A model generated the notes under the pieces. That model had not been told where the DNA came from. It saw only the letters and a program-made list of their open reading frames with translations, and searched no databases. A stretch of DNA of 64,000 nucleotides from contig JBMORA010000030.1 of NCBI GenBank assembly GCA_049320885.1, positions 58,570 to 122,569 on the forward strand. The letters are read 5' to 3'. The translations under genes were made by a program, and so were the position numbers. This DNA is from Thermodesulfobacteriota bacterium (lineage in GTDB: Bacteria > Desulfobacterota > Desulfobacteria > Desulfobacterales > SURF-7). This document shows positions 62,101 to 64,000 of this stretch, one piece after another. The number at the start of each line of letters is the position of its first letter. The stretch's first letter is position 1.

Positions 62101-63060
62101 GTCGGTACCGGCTCTTTGACAGCCACATATTATTACGATCCCTTTGGGCGCAGATTGTGGAAGGATGTGGGCGGAACACGGACGTACTTCCATTACGCCG
62201 ATGAAGGCCTGATCGGGGAGTATGACGGTTCAGGAGCCGAGATTAAGGCGTACGGGTACAAACCCGGCTCCACGTGGACCACTGATCCACTGTTCATGAA
62301 GGTCGGATCGGAATACTACTTCTACCAAAACGACCATCTTGGGACTCCTCAGAAAATGACTACCGTCAGTGGGGCCGTGGTCTGGTCGGCGGAATACTCA
62401 TCATTCGGCAAGGCGGAGATCGTTCCCGCATCCACGGTTGTCAACAATCTGCGGTTCCCGGGCCAATATTATGACTCAGAGACCGGGTTTCATTATAACC
62501 TTAATCGTTACTATGATTCAGGTTTAGGGAAGTACCTGACTGCAGATCCGATTGGACTATTAGGTGGAATCAATCGATATGCTTATGTTGAGGGAAATCC
62601 AATTTTTTATTTAGACGCAATCGGGCTCATGAAAGAAAGCGAAATTAGAGAACTTGTTGTTGCAAACAATCAATCAAATCTCAGCACCGAGTTGATTCTT
62701 TGCATAATTTATAAAGAGAGCACCTTCAATCCAAATGCAAAGAGAAGTGATGGTGGCAGTGCAAAAGGCTTTATGGGGGTAACTGATTCTTCGGCAGAAT
62801 GGGTTGGATACAATTCGAGTGATATGTTGAAACCAGAAGATAATATTAAAGCCGGCACTAAACTTCTTAACAGGTTCGTTAATTGGAAAGCCTATGGAAA
62901 TGGAAATGTCGCTTATGGGCTTAGCAGATACGGAACAGGCGACAAGGAGACACCCGTATACTCGAAGCAAATATTGGATTGCGAGGAATGTCTAAAAAAT
63001 AAAGTCGCCCAAAAATGTGATAATCACGATGATTGTTACAAGCCATTACATAGGAAATAA
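47149..63060 (+). CDS. Giant adhesin-RHS polymorphic toxin (~5300 aa; Gly-rich repeats, Ig/FN3, LamG, YD/RHS core, lysozyme/SLT-like C-terminus); start may be 47168-47190
   Basis: Signal peptide ending AKA-DP; LamG motifs WHHLAVI..DDVRVYN; YD repeats; RFPGQYYD..YNLNRYYD..DPIGL..NP..DAIGL core end. Confidence 0.93.
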   Translation: MRKVGKMNKQRGTMNANGLSSSNSTTERKTALSTISRIVFLLFFFLIQSANPAKADPVVITANTTISATDMSYDNQAVTVDACTVTINGAHQFESLTLINGAKVTHSANSTAQVNIIDIAITNDLAIDVNSSFDVNGLGYSKDQGTGKGIGGDYGGGGGGHGGNGGYGGSSGGRPGGESYDSIMVPSLIGSGGGTSTYNTDGNGGAGGGGVRLSVGGRLENNGTITAIGTNGTTGSYGGGGGSGGFIHLTAGELAGGGTITANGGNGANTTYGGGGAGGRIAVYYNNDNYTGNISACGGTGKQSGAAGSVYLHSNTSGESRVVFDNALNTGAFTNISGVLPNIVISNKAVVVASEEITAGDCTVDNATFYVNSKTSIENVTLLNNGVVTHSSNNISQTYTIDLVVSGNMTIDVASFIDANGLGYEKDQGIAKGIGGDYGGGGGGHGGNGGYGGSSGGRPGGESYDSIMVPSLIGSGGGTSTYNTDGNGGAGGGGVRLSVGGRLENNGTITAIGTNGTTGSYGGGGGSGGFIHLTAGELAGGGTITANGGNGANTTYGGGGAGGRIAVYYSTNNYTGVITAYGGTGKQSGGAGSIYVKSNATNEGQLIIDNGSRSGASSTISGTFPDIVIRNSAVVVATGEVIAADCAIDSAIFYADYRSSVDNVTISNNGVLTHSTNTTAQTCIIDMVVSGDMVIETGGKIDAKGLGYASDTGPGAGAVANLYGPGAGHGGKGGNGGGGAVGGNSYDSIELPALIGSGGSKAGNYNLSGGSGGGGVRVNIGGRLQNNGIIQADGNTGAVNNNYCGGGGSGGFIHLSVGELTGSGVISANGGNGGNTNYGGGGSGGRIALYYSETRPALTFNMANITVTGGTGYQNGEAGTIYIAEVATPVITTNGGRDFSTNIAELTLEGTCLADAHTILVNDSATNVIHTTGDPSWSYTCTLAEGANPFSVVAENSLGVRSGAATITVTMNTTPPGAPEITTNSGGDFTVQNALVQLEGTCTADSTSILVNGSASGVTYTPGATTWTYSGEVAPGENLISVTARNAAGLTSPPDTIRITFQNTIPAQPVNQAPPDGDATVGWQVILQASAFSDADSDTHSATQWQIRQQSATWDNPAFDQISTSNLTQIQTPQGVLDWTTGYAWRVRYKDSRGSWSAWSNETGFTTISDNLPPEEVTGLTVTASNADSLVIAWNHSANTASDLAAYLVYVNEEYRDQVLADQNTFTVNGLSPATGYAIKVTARDQGDNESAGVSITAATLLPNPANLTARPGSTRVTLTWDPAVPAELVSHYAIYNSTSSFSSVEGLTPVAPTVTGTSADITTGITPGTEYYFAVTTVNISGGEDRAVTPISVTPVQGIVAHYTMDSITGNQLHDETGAHPGAIQGSPAAIAGYDGNALDLNGSTDWIASDSLAQDLRTGDSITLTLWFNTTAAKVNDGNNILFGANTGTKGDLFRLGTGSSGGIFHSVGTSNNEYGAGYNNGAWHHLAVIQQASGAFRIYVDNVLLQTGTKAAVAWNNAAFHSFGQEWDPAGPTDFFDGLLDDVRVYNYALTTAEIAALYVDQLPPELAETIPAAGSMTPSPQEIRITLLDRNGAVDRDATAPTIVVTDSANQPVGGAIGGTGSVFVFTPDLPFMEATYQVSLIAADMAGNTQEYTFSFTVDNQAPAAFAITGGTVTSGLIQPAPAVNLASNAGVTLTGTREANTSVWINGVQGAALGSGDWAAALTLAEGDNTLTVTLKDPAGNESPAVTVYIRLDATAPAAGAMTPAHNSITNQIPAAITVEVVEAGSGLDQAGSTMAVRDAGLALVPGSWSLDGSLLIFTPQSALTDSVYTVTLQLRDLAGNLGGLVQNQFTLDTAPPAAPVIEPVVSPAHNTTQTIRGTREAYCAVVMNGGQIAGNTAATSFEHTVTLSSGDNVFTFIAVDRAGNQSLPATVTIVYDDVPPLSVTTLTVDPAGDGTQVTLSWTGYNEAEHGDIALYRIYRSDAMFAAVNDPGVELLNTVGAGVFTHTVSGLTRNQTYYFAVVAVDQSGNFTSAVTAVAGTPQDTRAPGEVNNLTVTSYEDRLVYTWQPGPADDLAGFKIYLDGSATPAATLNADGLSYERTGLAPAGAYPFRITATDGTNESAGVSLTGHTWLDNPAGLTATPYSGKVTLAWNAVAPPAHVKHYAVYYKAGSDFGGEVAGAPALITTGLTAQIAGLTNNTPYFFAVTAVNLSGGERKTVTSVTATPAADSQGPEVVNPTAGGSPLVTGMTLTQSLTLSLTANDPAGVGRVEFYIDGALLRTDYTGPDYTCNLELANLADGAHTLTIKVFDTLGNSTVTDYGFTVALSPPAAPVITQPAAGLTVNQPALNVSGQAVKLTTVQLFRNDIAEGSPLTVDSQGNFSTTITLTEGLNKLEAAAVNRAGTGPKSAPVNVTLNTAVPLPPASLAAETRGGGTIRLIWPASESSGVTGYNLYRAAQPFTDKAAAVKVNTSLITATQTDNLPATDGTWHYRVTCINTAGNESDLSAPVEAKSDRVGPKAIAIVYTSTGTVGPDGAMAPGRVNVVLTVDEPLMTLPFLSMAPEGGTPISVELTKEDDLTFTGFFDITGNTVSARAWANFSARDAAGNRGTEIVSGTSILIDTDGPAVSRLVVTPLAPIRNDAAAPVTIQAILGLSETSKTEAGIVLGYVLPSQGGEPVTIANLTKIATVAGDAETWQAEFVLPAGAGQAGPETLAFAYTGSDNLDNVSHEITAANQFQVYQGSLPPLAAPAGLSAEAMPGGEVILSWKAVANAVAYQVYRKAPGEPGLTSFMRVDSGLEYNDQTTEDGLYTYAVASIRSENSQESESGLSNPVTVTTDSIAPAPPTGLVLDLIPQGVRANWTASASAEPVTYAFYRAAAETTAPEDATQIQEGFTQTSWIDFHPSNAQHWYFITAVDGVGNESAPCAPQYLDFALLPVANVVVTQQDYTLPVITWTHPSAAAIDGYNIYLGPVSQGVKLNQSLLTSPVYTDIGYSADTRVYTLTAVNDGEESLARSVTLPKIKAVLPDGTAIKRGLMNRLEYQVTNSADQAVEAVTLKVRLNNRDHLSETVSLAAGETRSLPVVVAGYSELPDLAAMTATLTISPATGETVRIIRTSEIEVEDGSLVLQIVNEEFTRGGIGKVGFTLQNTGEEEIEVTLAKSSGTKPSDQVTFKLLDTDGNVIASQGFKQTVGDMIVTLANGNTVARIPAGQTFTSALFDLTVPANAPDRVTVQLSISTIYHHQGRTDQVSMSGPSTTHEVYLIDTSYYGAVDSIAPAVSAGDQDIVITGRAVDRSTLQPLASVPLKLVITVKGFERSYEVYTAADGTFSHAFTPLAGEAGVYTVRVVHPDLTDKPVHGEFTIGRTSVSPTTINLDLSRNYQKTIHITVKTSEGNALENARLICANADQPGGVLAPGVSVSMGPAKNIPSAGSGTLSFTISADNSAAETATIILKAVSGSEPIVHATVRINARFLEAKPVLYFSPNHVDTGVALDNTQVESVTLTNKGVGDMNDVAVSLRNEDGSPAPAWVYLNSAADQGVLAVGESQKIDVAFSPKAGVTPEGNYLFLLRVTSSNHATRDIYLAVAVTQSGQGGVLFKLSDIYTGTLDQNNQLIPGLAGAKIRLRNELVTTDEVTLTSDNQGEALFENIPTGRYQYRVTAANHSEATGRVWIKPGVTTNQEVFLDYNLVTVEWEVNEITLEDRYEITLNTTFVTDVPAPVVVAKPASIALPKMKAGDVHTGELTLTNHGLVRADNLEFSLPSDDQYFDYELLGGIPESLAAKQILTLPFRVTCLMSIDADGGTGGANPCRTYKRCGRIAFTYICANGNESGSKTGFCITSVGECPTGDNPPFGGGWFGDQTANLKDGENGNAAESQKPSASPQKVKGTKNVCYPESKRKKCWCDPCQTNVTCKDVLEPGGSHTNTLLRSYQREDHDMSVKVPGGMLELKRTYQDHDWSIEPFSMNPVTGVSGITQWVYCTGDFKIVTALIQNGVVFRLTDGAYAIRTEYNPNGTIQSRELEFIGTPIYRDEDGNQITQYDNGYEYVDSNGNIVRYDGTGRVGTISNRNGVFAQAIYDPDDGRLIGVADKYGHQVVWYEYNPNDQLSAVHDGVNRRVEYSYNADGLLETVTDVLGHVTRFDYTLIGEESSELEPETYHLAFTHKVLPGSGVEGGSMPCSYVTPDDGHSGHVASMIYMPTKRQVYAISKVTDQEGRVKQIQYDEYGDVIAMQDASGAKTFSYDYDDKKKEYYASITSASGQVKEVWYDSLGRTRRVDINGKTVRKITVDGRTIHLTDENGYVTVYKYDEWARLTATVNPDGTVVGSEYNKTINRLIEQTDEAGVVTEYEYNSEKLLERKIEAAGTARERITEYTYDADANLLTVKQAGNAETPEALTVMTYDSAGNLATITDAEGNLTRFTSYDNMGNVLTKIDPRGQEWTYTYDAAGHLLTATDPDDNVTRFFYDRVGNKIREVDAEGREKLFVYDAEDNLIETTDAAGKKTLFAYNSDNKLIRQTDPTGRVMQYQYDNQGRLMRTIDGNGNQIAMQYEYGGSGCSSCSGGGGSQVAKTIFPTFEQAYAYDRRGRKTLESDITDSETITTRFAYDPVGSLTRKTDKAGKITYYSYDDLRRLTAVTDPLDGVTEYTYDSRDNLVSLKDAKGQTTLFEYDRNNRLVKEIRPMNQATTYAYDEAGNLVRKFDAKGQKTEYVYNDLGQLVNILYFETGVPTPHKTVTFTYDKVGNLTAYDDGVTSAVYEYDANYRKAIETVDYGPFSLSNSMTYHDNGLKKTFTGPDGIQYTYGYDAANQFSNLDIPGMGSVTVNEYTWNRPKTMTLPGGSTKEFTYDPLMRIDRMKVKDPALNSLLNYEYEYDTMDNITDKNTEHGDYTYGYDDLYRLTESDNPIGVSDETFTYDAVGNRLTAADTIGPWAYNPNNELGGYDDVTYEYDANGNTIKKTDGGVVTSYVYNTEDRLTQVWDGEVGTGSLTATYYYDPFGRRLWKDVGGTRTYFHYADEGLIGEYDGSGAEIKAYGYKPGSTWTTDPLFMKVGSEYYFYQNDHLGTPQKMTTVSGAVVWSAEYSSFGKAEIVPASTVVNNLRFPGQYYDSETGFHYNLNRYYDSGLGKYLTADPIGLLGGINRYAYVEGNPIFYLDAIGLMKESEIRELVVANNQSNLSTELILCIIYKESTFNPNAKRSDGGSAKGFMGVTDSSAEWVGYNSSDMLKPEDNIKAGTKLLNRFVNWKAYGNGNVAYGLSRYGTGDKETPVYSKQILDCEECLKNKVAQKCDNHDDCYKPLHRK
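47589..48855 (+). repeat. 415 bp near-identical internal duplication (47589-48003 and 48441-48855)
   Basis: Offset 852 bp; one substitution seen near the start. Confidence 0.9.
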
Positions 63061-63061
63061 A

Positions 63062-63469
63062 ATGAAAAAACATATATATGGTTTATTGATCATACTTACA
63101 ATAGTGTCTCCCGCATTAGCGATAGATGATTTTTTGATTGCTTTGCAAGGACGAATATATAGCGATGAAAAGATAATATCTGTAAATAGATGGTCGACAG
63201 AGCATGGAAACTTGATATGCATTTATAGTAGACCTATCACATATAAATGGGGAAGCGATGTTGAAAAAGAAAATTTACAGCATTTCGTAATTTACATGCA
63301 ATCGAAAGGTCGTTTAAGTGTAGTATATAAAGAGGATATTTATGATATTATCCTTGGGATTGTGCAATACAACGACAAATTTTTGCATGTAAGTGTACCC
63401 GGTGGGAGCACATATCATATAAAAACATATTCTTTTGACGGGAAAAAGGTTACAATGAAATTTGAGTAG
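63062..63469 (+). CDS. Exported immunity protein candidate
   Basis: Starts 1 nt after the toxin stop; AT-rich; signal peptide MKKHIYGLLIILTIVSPALA. Confidence 0.75.
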   Translation: MKKHIYGLLIILTIVSPALAIDDFLIALQGRIYSDEKIISVNRWSTEHGNLICIYSRPITYKWGSDVEKENLQHFVIYMQSKGRLSVVYKEDIYDIILGIVQYNDKFLHVSVPGGSTYHIKTYSFDGKKVTMKFE

Positions 63470-63809
63470 CTTTTCTTTGGAATGATTTGGGATTTGGCGT
63501 TTAGCGATTAGAGGTCGGGCCACGGAAGATAGGCGCCAATCAAGGATTTTACCTTAAAACAAAGCCGTTTTTAGGCCCAATAACGAGTTTTTGGGGCCGA
63601 AAAAGGCGTTTTAAGAACAGGAACAACTTCCCCAGGAGAAGGCAGAGAAATAAAACCGGCTTCCCATCTATTTTTTAACCGCTTGAAAAATCTTTACATA
63701 TGAACCCGTTCTGCGATACAAGCCAGTATCGCCTGTACGCTCTTTGACATGCAATCGGATATGCAGGGGGCCAAAACCGCATAGAGCGGCAAAATCCATC
63801 GGCAGGTTT

Positions 63810-63873
63810 GGGTACAAACCCGGCTCCACCTGGACCACTGATCCGTTGTTTATGAAGGTCGGATCGGAATACT
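63810..63873 (+). repeat. 64 bp remnant of the RHS core (copy of 62254-62317)
   Basis: GGGTACAAACCCGGCTCCAC..GGTCGGATCGGAATACT; about 4 mismatches. Confidence 0.88.
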
Positions 63874-64000
63874 CAGGCGGGTCGGGTCGTACCAAGACAA
63901 CTGGTTGTTAATGAAGGAATTTAACCAAAAACAAGGCCGTTTTTTGGCCCAATATCGATGTTTTTGGGGGTAAAAAAGGGCATATAAGAAATCAGGCAGC

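Larger units (their letters stand above)
17422..64000. mobile_element. Integrative conjugative element (F-type T4SS) inserted at tRNA-Arg; right boundary not seen
   Basis: Integrase abuts the tRNA 3' end, followed by xis/rep-like genes, relaxase, tra genes, AbiE TA and cargo; no attR copy of the tRNA end spotted, so membership of the cargo beyond 38 kb is inferred. Confidence 0.8.

Noticed and set aside
63668..63895. 75 aa minus-strand ORF
   Set aside because: Partly the antisense of the RHS remnant; no independent coding evidence

Overview
Bacterial chromosomal DNA, probably from a Desulfobacterota/deltaproteobacterium (inferred from gene content). Bases 1-17.4 kb are mostly housekeeping genes: thioesterase, ParA, an FGE-sulfatase-domain protein, xerD, purA, tadA, tRNA-Pro(CGG) and tRNA-Arg(ACG). 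This part also holds an arsR / ICMT-MddA-like methyltransferase / arsM operon and a complete nqrABCDEF operon preceded by an uncalled NqrM-like small ORF. From the 3' end of tRNA-Arg (17421) to the end of the window lies an apparent integrative conjugative element whose right end is not visible. Its leftward operon encodes a truncated NusA paralogue, a small wHTH protein, a replication-initiator-like protein, a sigma-factor-like protein, an excisionase-like HTH and a tyrosine integrase. Its rightward block encodes an HD-domain (MOBH-like) relaxase and F-type T4SS genes traA L E K B V C H G, followed by a convergent entry-exclusion candidate and an AbiE toxin-antitoxin pair. The most striking cargo is a ~25 kb operon encoding a membrane-anchored transglutaminase-like enzyme, a ~2170 aa exported repeat protein, an exported rhodanese-like protein lacking the catalytic Cys, a ~5300 aa signal-peptide-bearing adhesin-RHS protein ending in a lytic-transglycosylase-like toxin domain, and an exported immunity candidate. 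No T6SS, PAAR or TPS genes are visible, and hairpin repeats sit at three of the operon's gene junctions. This is the best candidate for an undescribed contact-dependent polymorphic toxin system. All protein calls come from motif recognition by eye; no database searches were run.
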